A stretch of 64,000 nt of DNA from Camelus dromedarius (GCF_036321535.1 NC_087437.1:118050001-118114000); one strand, 5' to 3'. Positions 26,971 to 41,329 are shown, counted from the stretch's first letter. Made by a program: numbers and translations. Notes: a model not told the origin generated them from the letters alone.

Positions 26971-27735
26971 AGGCTCCTCTGACTTCTTCAGAAACTAAAC
27001 AAACCTGGCCATCTGCCCATTTTACTGACTTTCCCCACATATTGGCCTCACTTAATGAGGGGTGTGTTCAACTCCTGTGACATAATCTCCCTCTTTTTGG
27101 GGTCCTCACAGCATCACGTAGTGGCTCCCTCCCCAGACGAGCACAGCCTCAGAGAAAGCTGAGAGCTGTGTTCGCCTCTAAGCCCTCCCCTCACTCATCA
27201 CTTTCCTATTTATTTCCTTCACAACATCATCTCTTCCTGAACTGATTTTTCTACTACCTCTGCAAATAACAGCTCATTAGAAAGTCATCAGAGATTGAGT
27301 GAGCAATTGAATATAATTACACAAAATTATACAGATCCTAAGCCGGCGCTCCACCGTGTGTCTGCGTGTGGAAAGCCAAAGTCTTGTGTTTTACCACCCG
27401 GTGCTGCTGGAGGTCACCTGGAGAGCCTTAAAAGGGTAAAGGGAAGGGAGCTGTCACCACAATACACACAGAACCTGCCCTAGAAAAAGGACCATGGAGG
27501 TGACAGTGGTGGGACTTCGGCAGTCCACACACAGAAACTCAGTGGACAGGAGGGAGATGCTAAAAAAAAGCATGTCTGGATTCTGGCTGACAGAGGCAGT
27601 GGCTGATGGGCATGAGGCAGGCTGACTCCTTCCTCAGCAAAGCTCACACAGAGAGGAGGAGGCCACTGTCAGGGGGGCAGCTGCATCACAAAGTGGCAAC
27701 ACTGCCAGGAAATACTTGCAAATTGAAACAACTTG

Positions 27736-27847
27736 GAGGGTGACTAACCTGCCCGGTTTGCCCAGGATTGTCCAGGTTTTTATGCTGAAAGTCATTCATC
27801 CTGATTACCCCTCTGTCCCTGGATGACCTGGTCAGTTAGTCACCCTA
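27736..27847 (+). mobile_element. MER81 (hAT-Blackjack MITE)
   Basis: About 112 bp with TIRs agggtgactaac ... gttagtcacccta and internal cccggtttgcccaggattgtcc...ctgaaagtc. Confidence 0.85.
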
Positions 27848-28912
27848 CTTAAAGTTACCCGAAGTCATGCAATCTACAAGCACATGGTAGTGAGGAAATG
27901 AAAAACCAATCTAGGAGTTGGCAAAGGTCTACCAGATCAATGCTGTTACCTTGTTTTTGAAAAACATATATACTATATATGTTTTATAAAATGTCAGTGA
28001 ATGAAAACCTACAGCTGGTTTAGTAACTCATGGTTTCAGTCACATGTTTGGAAGCAAAGCTATAAAATCATGAAAACTAGAACAACAACAAAAAATGCCT
28101 CCTATAAAAGTGCATTGTAATGGAGAAGTGGCAGGGGTAGTCCAGAATAAAAAGCTGAAAGTGTGATTTTAAGGCTCAGTCACTGCCTGAGACCAGGACC
28201 GGAACTCTCTGAGCCTCAGCCTTTCTCCTCATCAATTAATGAGACACCTACTCTCTCCCCGTCGTTAAATTTAATCATTACGGCAATACATGCATTGGGT
28301 CAGGCTTCCCAAATATGGAAAAAGAAATCACCATAAAGTATTTTTGGCAGTTTTTCCCCAAATTTGTTTTGGAGAGAAGCATACAGTTACCACACTGGGG
28401 ACAAAGGGCTTTAGTGTCAAAACAGACCATCTGCAGGAAAAAAAATTATCAAGCACGAATTTTCTCATGAAGAGCAGAAATGAAAACAACGGTAAGTCTG
28501 TCTTATCCAGGTTCTTCCCGGAAGCCGAGTACTTAATCTTCAGAGTAAATCTGGGGGAACACACAGATAAGCTAGAGTGGACAGGCGGGGCTGTTGTATT
28601 TATTCAGTGCTCCTCCCACCACCCTCTTCTTCCTGCTACTTTTCTATCAGCGTCTCCGGCTCTTCTTTGTCCTGTTTTGGGGCACAGCCTTGGGGAGGGT
28701 ACTGAGTACCTCCCAGCCATGCCTCCTACAGTCCAGGTGGCTGTGGGCCACTTTGCTCCCCTCTCCGAGGCTGCCCTAGTTCCCGGGACTGTTGCCCAGA
28801 CACCGCGGAGGGAGCCTGCCCAACAGGAGCGTGATGACTGACACACATAAACAGCCAGTGAACGTCCGACTTTGTCGGTCCTGTCTGCACAGTGTCACTG
28901 AGGAGTTTCCAT

Positions 28913-28982
28913 CATGCTATACACCAGAAATTGACACAATATTGTAAACTGACTATATGTCAATAAGAAATTTTTTAAAAAG
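28913..28982 (+). mobile_element. Very short L1 3' tail
   Basis: atgctatacaccagaaattgacacaatattgtaaactgactata; flanked by ggagtttccat (28902-28912) / ggaggttccat (28989-28999). Confidence 0.8.
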
Positions 28983-29457
28983 GTGGGGGGAGGTTCCATG
29001 TTCAAGGCGACTCTGAAAACCTGTGGGGATTGTGTGTTCCCTTATGACTGGAGCCCAGTGGAGGGAGACGCAGGGATTCCAGAGGCCCTAAGTATGCAGG
29101 CCAACCCCACATAGTGAATAACCAATCCCCAAGTCTCACAAGCCTTTTGTATGTTAACATAGATGAGGAACCTGTTTATCATTATCAGAACCTACAGTCT
29201 AATTCTATTTAGCTTATGAGTATTTTTTGTACCCAGTTCTAAAGTGTACTGAAATTTTCAAGAATGTGACTACTCTGTCAGCTAAAGGAAGGCAATATGT
29301 TTTTGTAGCTCAGAACTTCACTAGGGTCATTCACCCATTTAGAGACACCAATGGTACTCTTGAAAATAAAAACTGGTATCACTTTCCTAACCACTCAGTG
29401 ATTGAACATTTGTAAGGGTCTCCTGTACAGGTATTTGTAGCATCATCACTTATGACT

Positions 29458-29800
29458 CATGAATGGCTAAACAAAAGGCGACATATCCACATGGGAAATA
29501 TTTTTTAACAATAAAAAGGAACAAAGTACTGCCACAATTTCAAAAGCATTATGATAAGTGAAAATCAACAGATATAAAAAACAACAGAAAGTAGATTAGA
29601 GGTTGCCTAAGGTTGGGGCAGAAATGTGGAATGACTGCTCATGGCGGGGTGGGTTTTCTTTATGGGTTAATGGAAATGTTTTAAAATTAGATTTTGGTTG
29701 AGGTTTCGTAACTCTGTAAATATACTAAACATTAAATTGTACATGTAAAATGGGTGAATTTAATGATATGTAATTTCAGCCTGAATAAAGCTATTAAAAA
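29458..29800 (+). mobile_element. Ancient L1 (L1MB/ME-like) 3' end
   Basis: tgaatggctaaacaaaa...gaaagtagattagaggttgcctaagg...tggaaatgttttaaaattagatt...aaatgggtgaattt...aataaagctattaaaaa. Confidence 0.8.
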
Positions 29801-32533
29801 CTCAATATGTTGAATTAATAATCATCTAAAGACAGGATTCACAAAAACCAGTTTTTAATAAAATATGTGTTTCACTACATACATGCTCAAGCACAAGAGG
29901 CTGGAGGTTTGCCCCTCCACGCTGAATCCCTGTTGATGAGACACCCAGAAATGCAGACCAGGTATGTGGGCAGGTGGGAAATATTACTTATAAATTTCAC
30001 TTCAGTAAGTTGAGAGTTTTTCCAAAATATTTGTTATCAAAAGGGTAGTTAGACTTAGTGTTGAGAGCAACTGGTCTTGTTATTTCTTTTAATCACTGCA
30101 TTCTTTCTTGTCTCTCTTCTGGAAATAACCTCAAAGGGGTTGAATAAATTAGCCAAACTCATGCCTGCAGATACAATCCTGGTTTATCCATTTCCCAAGG
30201 CCAGACCCCCAAACACTGGGCTGCACTCAGCCTCCCGCATTATCTCCACTCAAGGAAGCTCTCCTGTCTCCTCTGCATGTAACCCTCTGTGGTTTTCATG
30301 GTAAACAGGAGCATCTGTATGGTTCTCAAGCCTTATTTTAAGGTGAGCTCCACAGCCTACAGCAGCAGGTGAAAGAAGGGTTGAGTTAAAAACTGCACAG
30401 AAGACAGAGAGAGAGAGAGAAATGGCCCCTAAGGAGAGAAAGGGGGAGCTGACTGCAGGTCAGACCATGCAGCGGGGCCCCTAGGCCCCCATGGCCCTGT
30501 CTGAGAAGCTCTGAAAAGCTCCCTGATCCTGTCCCCCCAGGTCTCTGTCCTGAAGGGTCATGCTTTGTCCTACATGACTCACCTTCTTGCCACAGCTGTT
30601 TGGTCCTGAGGCTGGCCTGTAGGGGAGGGCTGTGCCCTGCGAGACCCTCCGCCTGGGGAGCTTCCATGGTTGACCTGCAAAGGTATCAGCAGACAGGGAG
30701 CAGGCAGAAGCTGAAAGGTGGGTGGACAGCGGTCTGAAGAACAGAAGCCCTGACACACTGAGAAAAGGAGAGGACTGACTTTGGCAGAAGAGGAGAGAGA
30801 GAGGTGAAGACACAGCCTGAAACACCGTAACAGACTCACAGCTTTGAAATAGTGACAGGAAACTGACCAGGCCAGATCCTCAAGTGTCCTCTTGCAGATA
30901 CCAAATTTCTTGAAGTTTGTGTCTGACACAAAAATGTGTGAAACCACGTTTTATCCATAGTATGTGCCAGTTTTTTCTAATACAGAATTAGCATGAGAAA
31001 TTATCTTGCATTAAGGAAAATTGGTGTGCCTACAAAATGCACTGTATTGATCTAGTTTCTTTCCCTGCACCCAGGATGGGTACCTGGAAGCTGGAGGGGA
31101 GGGAGGCAGGGTTTCGGATGGGCAGGGGTAGGGTACAGAGAGAATGCTGCTTCCCCCAAGCACATTACCCCAAGGTGGTACCTCTTCAATAATACTTTAA
31201 GGTAATAATGCTGCTGAGACTACCAAGTAAAGACACAAGACTGTAGCTTTTGCCCACATGCTCTCCTCTGCCAGCCAAGGTACAGGCTTCTCTTCTTGGG
31301 ACAGGCCATGCCCCAGGGATGCTGGACATCTATGTCTGAATGACCCATGTGGCCAGTGAAGCCTCTATCACCTAACAATTTGGCAGCATCTGGGGCAATT
31401 AGTTAAGAAGGCACTGTAACTTGGAGAACAGAACAAAGAGGAAGGTCTACTCTCATAGAAACGAGAAGAAGCCATCTGTAGCTACAAGATAAACTCTCAG
31501 TGGTCAGAGTGGGGGTCCTGGGTCTTTGAACTGGCTCCAGACCATCCAGGATTTCAGACATCTGATTGATGTCAATCCCAACAAAAGAATGCTAAGATGC
31601 TAATGTGCTATGGAGAAGGCTCACGACTGTCACCATAGAGATAAGTCCTACATGAGGAACAGCCAAGATAAGTAACATATCAGATTTAAACTGGAATTTA
31701 TTTCCACAAAGCTCAATTGTTGTCCCTACGTTATAAATGGCTTCTGAATTATCATCAACTCTCATATGTTTGCAGTCAGTGCCTTGAGGTCTTCAAGATG
31801 TACAAAGGCAGCAGCCAGACTCCCTCTCTGTGGAAGGGCTCATGGTTCCTGTCCACATTTTTCTTTAACATTATGTAAAAAGGCAAGATTCAACTTTAAG
31901 AGAGGGGAGATAGTTCCTAATGACTCAATTTCAGCTACAGTTAGGGATCCATAAAGATCTTCCTCCAAACCCCCAGCCTTTCACTGGAAAACTGGACCAC
32001 TGTATCTCCTGTCATTTCCACATGTGCCCGTCCCCCACTCCCGACACACACACACCGACAAATATGCATCCTTTTATGTAAACTTTGCTTGCCCGCTAAC
32101 AGAAGCTTCATGAAAAGAGGCATAAATAAAGCTGAAATGTGAATTCTCAAACTGAGAGGGTAGACATTTAAGTCCCGATTTAAGCCCAGTTCTATTTCCC
32201 CTCTGCTAAATGGACCATTTAGCTTTCATCCTTTTCCCACTTTCACACATGTTATTATTGTCCTAAATTTCATGGTTCAGGGTTTTCCAATTAGCCTACC
32301 GTAAGCATGTGCTTCAGGAGACGGTGCAGAAGCATTTGGCACCGTTGATGCCGGAACACTGCAGCTCTGGAAGAGCCAGGCCTGTCTGAGAATATTTTCT
32401 GAGGTGGTGGCAGGATGCCACAGCCCAACATATGCTTAACACTTCATCGCACAGGCAAGGGAAAAGATGAAAATATGATGGAACCTCAATAACATCATCA
32501 AGGGAATCCCATGTAAACTGCTCTACATTAAAA

Positions 32534-32606
32534 GACTGGGACATTGTGCTACTCACCAGAAATGGACACAATGTAACTGACTATACTTCAATTAAAAAAA
32601 AAAAAA
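32534..32606 (+). mobile_element. Very short L1 3' tail
   Basis: gactgggacattgtgctactcaccagaaatggacacaatgtaactgactatacttcaattaaaaaaaaaaaaa, same subfamily as 3641-4116. Confidence 0.85.
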
Positions 32607-32983
32607 GATGGCGATGGCTGGACCTGTGACCCTCAATGGCACCTAAACGGTTTAAGTCTCTCTAGGGGGTCAGTGATTCTCAAGAATCAAGTTTATCATG
32701 ATTTGGCTTTCCACCCTGATGCTCACCACCCAATACAGTCTTCACTGCTCAAAAGTAACTTGAATTTATCAAGGACTGGATTTAGCAAGTTTATCTTTAT
32801 CTGAGTTCCAAATTATTTCTAATTCTCCCTTTGGTTCAAGGCAGCAGGCATGGTGTGGTACAGAATGCTTTTAAAACAACCTCATTGTTTGAAATATTCA
32901 GTGGGGTTGGTGCCACATTTCTCTGAAACAAAAAGCAGTCAGTGAAAGAGAAAAGGAAATAACATCATCACCACCACCACAGG

Positions 32984-33360
32984 CATCCATTCATTCACTC
33001 ATCCATTCATTCACTCAAGCACTCATCCACTCATTTATTCACTTAAGAATTTATTAATTCACTTAATCATTCACAGAAGTATTTACTCATTCATTAGCTC
33101 AAGCATTCATTCATTCACTCAATTATTCACTCATTTAAGAGACATGCATGCCAGTGCCGCCTGGTGCTGGGCACTGTGCAAGGTGACAGTTGGCCTCAGT
33201 GCTCCTCCGTAGGCATCTCTTTATGGTGCATGAGAAGGCATGAGTGCAGGTTGATGCCCCCATTCTATATGCATAAGCATCTTTCCTTCAGTGTGAAGGA
33301 GAAATGCCAAATAGTAACAAAACAGAAGGAGGGGGTGTTGGCAATATTACTGTGAAAGGC
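32984..33360 (-). mobile_element. L2 3' end with expanded degenerate (CATT)n tail
   Basis: About 150 bp of cattcattcact-like units followed by gtgctgggcactgtgcaagg. Confidence 0.6.
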
Positions 33361-33999
33361 ACAGGGCTGTGGGTAGTGCCACATTAAGACATTCATGGGT
33401 CTTTCCTCCGTAAAAACTGTTAAAAATTATATTTTATGACTGGCAGTAGAAAGACAAATGCATTCTGGGCTAGAATAGGTTCATTTTTTTCTTCTGATTT
33501 AAAAAAAATTAAAACACTTTCATGGACTCCTAAAATTATTGTGGCCCTAGACACTGTGCCTACTGCGTTAGCCGGTAAGTCGGCCAGGCTTCGGGGTCGC
33601 TCAGGCCAGCAGTCCAGTCTTTCAACAACCATAATGGCACAGCCCTTGCACAAAGCCATGCACTTCTTCACGCCACGTGTCTTTGTTGCTAAGACACAAC
33701 CAGGGCTCTTGTTTCTGCTTCTCCTCTCTCCATCAAAGAGCAAGAAAAATGTAATCCACTCTGCAGGCCAGTGAACACTGAGTGGCGAGATCACAGAAGT
33801 CTCTCATTGTTTACTCCTAAGACCAAACTGGATCATTCAGACTAAGTAAATATCATGAAATTGGAGCCATTTTCGTCAGTTACCCACGACAAAGTGGGCT
33901 AAACCAAACAGGTCCCACTTCAAGGAAAGGATCAAGTAGCACCTTTGTATTTTCTCTTATGATAATTCTCACTTTACAGCCCACTTCTCCTCCTCAACT

Positions 34000-34205
34000 C
34001 TGCCTTCTTTAATTATCACTTTTAACATACTTCATAACTGACTTATGTGTTGTGACCATCACCTGACCCTCCTCACTGGAACATTAGCTCTACAAGGGCA
34101 AGCATTAGCATGTTTCATTCACTGTTGTACTATTATTCCTGACACCTAGGTTAGTGTCAGGCACAACGCAAGCACTAGGTGAGTATTACCTGTTAAATTG
34201 AATCA
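34000..34205 (+). mobile_element. L2 3' end fragment
   Basis: cactggaacattagctctacaagggcaag...ttcactgttgta...cacctagg...gtgtcaggcaca...tgttaaattgaat. Confidence 0.7.
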
Positions 34206-35521
34206 TTCGAGAATTATCAGAAACTGGTTTGAAAAACGTTAAAATTCAGACTTTAGGATATTTTTGTTATTTTCTATGAGGATTTTTTCCCTACGAAACT
34301 GCAACTCTTGATCTAGCATTCCTGGTAGTGTAGCCTAATATTTTTTCTGTCTGTTCATCTTTTCCCTTCTGCTATATAAACTATATCTAACTAAAGTGTT
34401 CAGCAAGGGATGCAGAATGCGTGTGTCCCACCCTTTGTTTCCCCTTTCAAATTCTTCTTTATGTGCCAGAATTTCTTATCTAAATTTTATACCAATCTGA
34501 CAGTTTCTTATAAAGCAAAAAGAACAGAGAGCATATTAGCAAAGTTACTGAGCTAAATTTATTAGGGAACAAGGTGTTTTAGGATATGATTCAATTTTTT
34601 TTCTTTAAGGTTGGCTGGTCTAGTTTTTTTTAAAAAAAAAAAAAGACAACAACTTTGGATTAACCATTTCCAATACCCTGTATGTACAAGGTATCCCGTT
34701 TCCCACAAAGGGGAGCTCTCGAGGTTTAGAGCATTCTTTGTTGTCCCCATGGACCACTGTGATCCCCAGACACTCCAGGATGGACACTGAGGGAGAAGCT
34801 CACAGGAATTATAGGTGGACTTATGGAAAAGAAACAAATGTTAAGAATTCTATTTTCTTCCTCAAGGAATATAAACCCATTTCCATTTTCGTTCAAAATG
34901 CTAATAGTTGTATTGTTTTTTATTATAAAATTAATATATTCACATTGTAAAAACTTCTGTAAATAAAGGTAGGAAAAAAAATGAACCATGATCACATAAT
35001 CATAGCTTGCCAAAACAAAACGCCTTCTGTTAACATTCTGATGTATACCCTATAGACTGTTCTGGTGCAGTGAGCAGAATAATCTGAGAGTGGCCCTGGG
35101 GGTTCACTCAGGACAGTGGGCCAACTGGAAGCAGGGCCCCCTCCTGCTGGCATAAGGGCTGTATCTGAGTAAGGCTTCTCCCCCTGACAGAAGGGACTGC
35201 ACCTTCCCATGGGCCTGGGGGTCTCCAGGTGCTGGGCTGCTGGCTCTCTCAGAATATTCCAGTAGCAGCTGATACCTAAACCCAGACAGAATGTTTATTC
35301 CCCTGCTTAGTAGGATTTCTCTCAGGCTTATAAGAAAGGAGAGTCACGATACACAGAGAGGGTCCCCAATTCCCAGCCCTATGCCCTGTCCACAGTACTC
35401 AGCCCGGCATGAATTTCTGTGGAATGATGAACAGATGAGGAACCCTTTCATTTTCTCCCTTACACAAGGTTCATGACTTCACACGTACTGTACCCCGTTG
35501 TAGAATATACCCTTACCTATC

Positions 35522-35943
35522 AAGACAGCCAGTTTTATGTGTCAATTTGGAGCTGGGCTGTAGCACCCATATATTCAGCCAAACACTAGTCTAGGAGTTG
35601 CCAAAAAGGTACTCTGCAGGTGCAGTAAACATCAGCAGTTGGCTGACTTGTTTACGTAAAGGAGATGACCCTGGATAATCTGAGTCAGCATCATCTTATC
35701 AGTGAAAAGACCTTAAAGTAGAAATGGGCTTTCCCTGAGAAAGAAGACATTTTCCCTGTAGACTGCAGCATCAGCTCCTGCCCCAGTTCCCAGCCTGCCC
35801 CGATGGCTTACCCTAAGGACTTCAGACTTACCCACTGCAGCTCCATAACTGTGTGAGCTAATCCCCTGAAATGCATCTCTGTCTGTCCATCACCTATCCA
35901 TCTCCTACAGGTTCTGCTTCTGTAGTGGACCCTGACTGGCACA
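35522..35943 (+). mobile_element. ERVL LTR, MLT2-like
   Basis: ttttatgtgtcaatttgg...caaacactagtctagga...gtaaaggagatgaccctggataat...gacttcagactt...ggttctgcttctgtagtggaccctgactggcaca. Confidence 0.85.
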
Positions 35944-36719
35944 CTCACCTAGCACCAGAGCTATATAGTTTCTTTCATAAGCTTCTGTTTAAGTGAGAAA
36001 TGATCTATTTAGGTAAGGTTTAAGAAACTTGGACATTTTTCCCCATTTATTTGCTTCTTTGTTTTTTATGCCTCCCTCTTTCCCCCAAACTGGGTTTAAG
36101 ATATCAATATAGCAAGATATCATACATTTTAATACAACAATAACAAAACATAGGATATTTCTTATCACATAATTAATACATAGCCAAAGGAAGTTTATGA
36201 TAGGAAAGTAAGGAGGCAAGAATACATTTAGCGAACAAAATTGTTGCCTAAAGGTGGGAGAAGCGTGGAAGAACTGAGATGAGATCCTACGAAGATCACT
36301 GGATGTTCACCAAGTACAAAGGTTGAGGGCAGAGCCAGAGGCAGAGATGCGCTCAGGTGCAGAGAGCCATGCATAGATCTAGAGAATAAAGAATGCACCA
36401 GAAACTCAGAATGCTGACAGGATGGCTCTGTGGCAGAAAGAGCATTCCTATGGTTTGGAAAGCTTGTGGCCGGCCCCATAAAGCACAAAGAGATCTAAAG
36501 AGTCTTGCTAGTGCACAGATCCTAAGCCCTCTGAAGGCAAAGTTTCAACCTCACCTTCATAACATGTGACGTTTGTAGTGAACTGAATCTAACTTCAGAT
36601 TCCAACTCTGCAACAGAGTTCAGGAACAACTCAGCTACGTGTGAAATTGATGCAGCCTTGCACCATCAGCCTGACAGGGGGCATGTCCCTCCAAGAGGTA
36701 AATATCCCTTTACCCCAAA

Positions 36720-39700
36720 GGGACAAAATTTAGCATAAAAAATAAAAAAACCCACAAGATACACAAAGAAATGAGAAAAAGAGGCTGACATTTACAAAAG
36801 GAAATAGTTCATGGAAACAAATATGGCAATGACCCAGATGTTTGAATTATCACTCAGAGATTCTAAAGTATCTGTGATGAAGGATCTTGAGGAAGATGCT
36901 GACAACCAGTAAGAGTAGATGATGAATTTCACCACATAAATGGAAAGTGTAAAAACGAAAATCAAACGGAACTATCAGAGTGGAATTATGTGATGTCAGA
37001 GAGGAAGAAGAGTTGATAGGCTGATTAGCAGACTGGACCCAGCAAAGAAAAGAATCGGTGAAATCAAAGGCAGCTCAATAGACACCATCTAGACAGAGAA
37101 ATAAAAAAGTAAAGAGAATTAAAAGTAAAATAAAATAAGGCAAAGCATTCAATCAAGCAATGCAAAAAAAAATTGGAGTCCCAGAAGGAGAGAAGAAAGA
37201 CGTAGGAGAAAAAAATATTTTGAGACAACAGTCACTACATTTTAAATTGATGAAATACATCAATATACATATCCAAGAAGCTCAGCAAACCACAAACATG
37301 ATAAATCTTTTAAAAATAATGTAAAAAAAACTTCAGGATGAAGACTATGACTCCAGATAGACGCACAAGTCTGCAGATAAAAAAAGAAAACCACAGAAAG
37401 AACAATATATAGGTAAAAATAAATGATCTATTTACTATCTTTTTTATGTGTGTGTTTGTACAGATACATATCTATGTTTGTGTAATATATATAACATATT
37501 TATAGGTAGATAAACATATATATGTGTGTATATATATAACATATACAGATTAAAGCTGCAACTGTTTGAGTAAAAGTAGTAACAACATGTTGTGGAGTTT
37601 ACTGGTTCATAGAACACAGAAGAATAAAAGAGCACAAAAAGTGGGAGGGGAATAAATGGATTTATATTTACAATCATGAAGTTCCTACATTTTGTATAGA
37701 GTTTGATATAATTGGAAATTGGACTCTGGTAAGTTAAAGACACATATTTTAATTTCTAGCAACCTCTAAAAACTTATATAAAAATGACATTTAAAAAGTT
37801 AATAGAATTAAATAATTACTTGGTCATTTAAAATAAGGCAGGAGATTAAAATAAGAAACATACACCAAGATGAAAGATCTAAACACAAGTATATTGATAA
37901 TTACATTAAATATGAATAAACTAAACACCACTTAAAGACTAGTTAAAAAAGCAAAATCCAAATGTATTCATTCTACAAGAAGTACATTTAGAATGTAAAG
38001 AAACAGATGGCTGAAAATAAAATGTTTAAAAACAACATACTATCCAGCCACTGTGCATCATAAATCTAGATGGCTTTGTTTATACCAGACATAGTATAAT
38101 TCAAGACAAATGTAGCATCAGAGATAGAGAGGAGTATTTCATATTATTAAGAGTCACTCCACCAAGAATGAATAACAAACCTAACTTTATATGCACCTAA
38201 CAAAATAGCTAAAACATGATGCAAAAGTTGACAGATTAAAAAAAAGCTCAAATTCTTAATGGGAGATTTTAAATGCCTCTCCTTATGACTGATAAAACAA
38301 GTAGAAAAAAAATTGAAAAAAATTTGAATATTTGGTTAACACTATAAACCAATTTAACACAATAAACATTTAAAGAACACTCCACTCAACAATTATATAA
38401 CACAGATTCTTAACAAGAGCACATGAAATATTAAGAAAGAAAAATCATATTCTTTGACATTAAAAAAAAATCCTCAAAATATTCAAAGTATAGTCATTGA
38501 AGCTATGTTCTCTGAAAACAAAATTAAAATTGAAATGATAGTAATAGAATAGCTTTAAAAATACTCAATTAGTTGGAAATTAAACAATGTATTGCTAAAC
38601 AGGTGATGGCCTGCAGAATCCATGAGGGAAAACAGAAAATATTCTGGATTGAATGACAATGAAAATACAATATATCAAAATGTGTGGAATACAGAGAAAG
38701 AGGTTCTTATAGGGCAGTTTATAGCTTTAACTGTTCAAAAAGAAAAAAAAAAGGTATAAAATTAAAAATCTAGGCTTCTATCTTAACAAGCTAAAATAGA
38801 ATAAAGGAAACAACCAAAACTATAGAGAAATTAATAAACTAAAAACAGATAAAAAGTACAGTAAATCAACAATCTGAAAAGTTAGTTTTCTAAAAAGATT
38901 AATAAAATTGGTAAGACTCTAGCAAAACTGTCCAAAGGGAAAAAAAAAGAGAGAGAGAAAATTACCCATATTAGGAATGAAGGATGCAACATCTCTCCAT
39001 ATCCTACAGGTATTTAAAAAGTAATCAGAGAATATTCTAAACAATTTTATGCCAATAATTATGACCACTTACATAAAATGGACAAATTCCTTGAAAATCA
39101 CATCTTACCACAACTGACACAAGAAGAAAGAAAATCTAAATAGCCCAACATCCATTAAATAAATTACTTATCATCAGACGTCTTCCCATGAAAACAAAAC
39201 AAAAAAGAAAAAAAAAAAAAACCTGCAGTCCAGATGTCAAATTTGAGGAAGAATATCAGATACCAATCTTCACAAATTTATTTTAGAAAATAAAGACAGG
39301 AGGATTATTTCCCAAATAATTTTCTGAGGCTATTTCTGTCTGCTATTAAAAGCTGACAAAGATATTATAAGATAAAAATAGTAAACAATATACATCATGA
39401 ACATATAGACAAAAATCATTAAAATATTAGCAATTGAATGCTATAAACATAAAAATAATAATACATCATGACCAAGTAGAGTTTATCCCAGAAATACAAA
39501 AATAGTTTAGGAATCAAAAAATTAATCAAAATAATTCATATCAACAGAATAAAAGAAAAAATTTATATAATTATCTCAATATACACAGAAAAAATTTGAC
39601 AAAATGAACCCCATAAAACTCTCAGAAAACTTAGAATAGGAGGAAACTTCCATAATGTGATAAGGGGCATTTATAGAAAACATATAAATAATTTTATATC

Positions 39701-41320
39701 TAATACTGAATTACTAAACATTTTCTCCTTACGATTGGGAACAAGACAAAGTTGTTCACACATCACTTTTATTCACATTCTAATCCAACATTGTACTAGA
39801 AGTCCTAGCTAGTGCAATACAGCAAGAAAATAAAATCAAAAAGTCAAAGCAACCTCAAAAAAGAAAATCACTTATAGTACCTGATTTTTAATACTGCAAT
39901 AAAGCTTTAGTAATCAAGACAGGATAGGCCAAACCACTCCAAAAAAAAAAAGTTCCATGATTTGATGTTTAGACCAACCACACATAATTAAAACAGTATG
40001 GAGTTGACGAGTATAGACAAATAAATCCATGAAACAGAATAAAGATCCACACACATATGATTATTATTTTTTTAACTAAGATGCAAAGTTGATCAAATGG
40101 GTGAGGAGGAGGAAAGTCTTTTTCACAGATAATTCAGTAACAATCAGATAAACAGATGGAGGAAAATGAACCTTGAATCCTACCTTACTTTTTATGTAAA
40201 AATTAATTAAAAATGGATCATTAAGACTTAAATGTAAAAGCTGTAACCATATATTTCTGATGCAAAACATAGAGGAATATGTTTACAATCTTAAGATAAG
40301 CAAATATTTTTGTTAGACAGACAAAAAGGCACTAATCATAAAAAAAGAAAAAAGAAATCAAAGAGTTAGAGTTCATCAATTTTTTAAAATTTGCTAACTG
40401 AAAAGCACCATTAATAAAATACATGGTCAGGTCATCTGACCCACTCTCACCTCAAATACATAGTGAGGCAGGCTACACACAGGAAACAAAATATTATACC
40501 TGACAACTGATTCATCTCCAAAACATATAAAGAACTCTTACAACTTAGTAGTAAGACAAACAGCCCAATACAAATTAGGTAAAATACATGAACAGTTACT
40601 TCACAGAAGAAGATGTACTATAGCCAATAAGTGCATGCAACAGCATCACTAGTAATTATGTATATGCAAAATAAAACCATAATAAAATACCATTTCATAC
40701 ACACTGGAATGGTTAAGTTATAAATAGTGTCATAAAAGTTGGTGACAATGTGGAGCAATAAGAACTATCACACAATTTTGGAAGAGTTTAAGTGGTACCT
40801 TTTTGAAGTTTCTTACAAAATTAAACACGTAATCCACACCTAGTATTTACCCAAGAGAAATACTACCATATGTCCACAAAAATATTCATAGCAATCTTTC
40901 TCATATTAGTCAAAGACTGGAAAAAGCCTAAAAGTCTGGCATCAGGAGAATGGGAGTTTTTTTCTTTCTTTTTAAGAAAAGAACAAACTTCTAAAGCTGG
41001 TAACAACATGTGTGAATTTCATAAGTATTATATTGAGAAAAGGAAGCTAGTTACCAAAGAAGGATACAGCTTAATTCTATTTATATGAAGCCCAGAAATA
41101 GGTAAAATTACTTTGTGTTGACAGAAATAAAAAGCGGTTTGACAAGTGAGGTGTGACTGGTAATAGGAACAAGGGAACTTTCTGTGGTGATTTGAAACAT
41201 TCTACATCTTGTTTTGGGTGGTGTTAACATGAGTGTATTTAAATGGCAAAACACATTAAGTTGGAAAATTGTCATCAGTGCATTTTATTGTATATAATTA
41301 TAACCCAAAAAAATAAATAA
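36720..41320 (+). mobile_element. Long, heavily decayed ancient L1 (ORF1/ORF2 remnants and 3'UTR)
   Basis: A-rich; landmarks aattggagtcccagaaggagag (ORF1), gggagattttaa, aaatggacaaattccttgaaa, catcatgaccaagtagagtttatcccagaaat, caacattgtactagaagtcctagc (ORF2), agggaactttctgtggtgat (3'UTR); no intact ORF. Confidence 0.85.
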
Positions 41321-41329
41321 GAAAAACTA

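Noticed and set aside
28290..28841. 183-aa ORF
   Set aside because: No family resemblance or exon structure; spans AT-rich and GC-rich DNA indiscriminately
32205..32223. Perfect 9-bp inverted repeat gctaaatgg-a-ccatttagc
   Set aside because: A few stems of this length are expected by chance in 64 kb
32984..33135. Repeat array as a CRISPR-like or satellite structure
   Set aside because: Degenerate (CATT)n expansion of an L2 tail; no constant repeat with unique spacers
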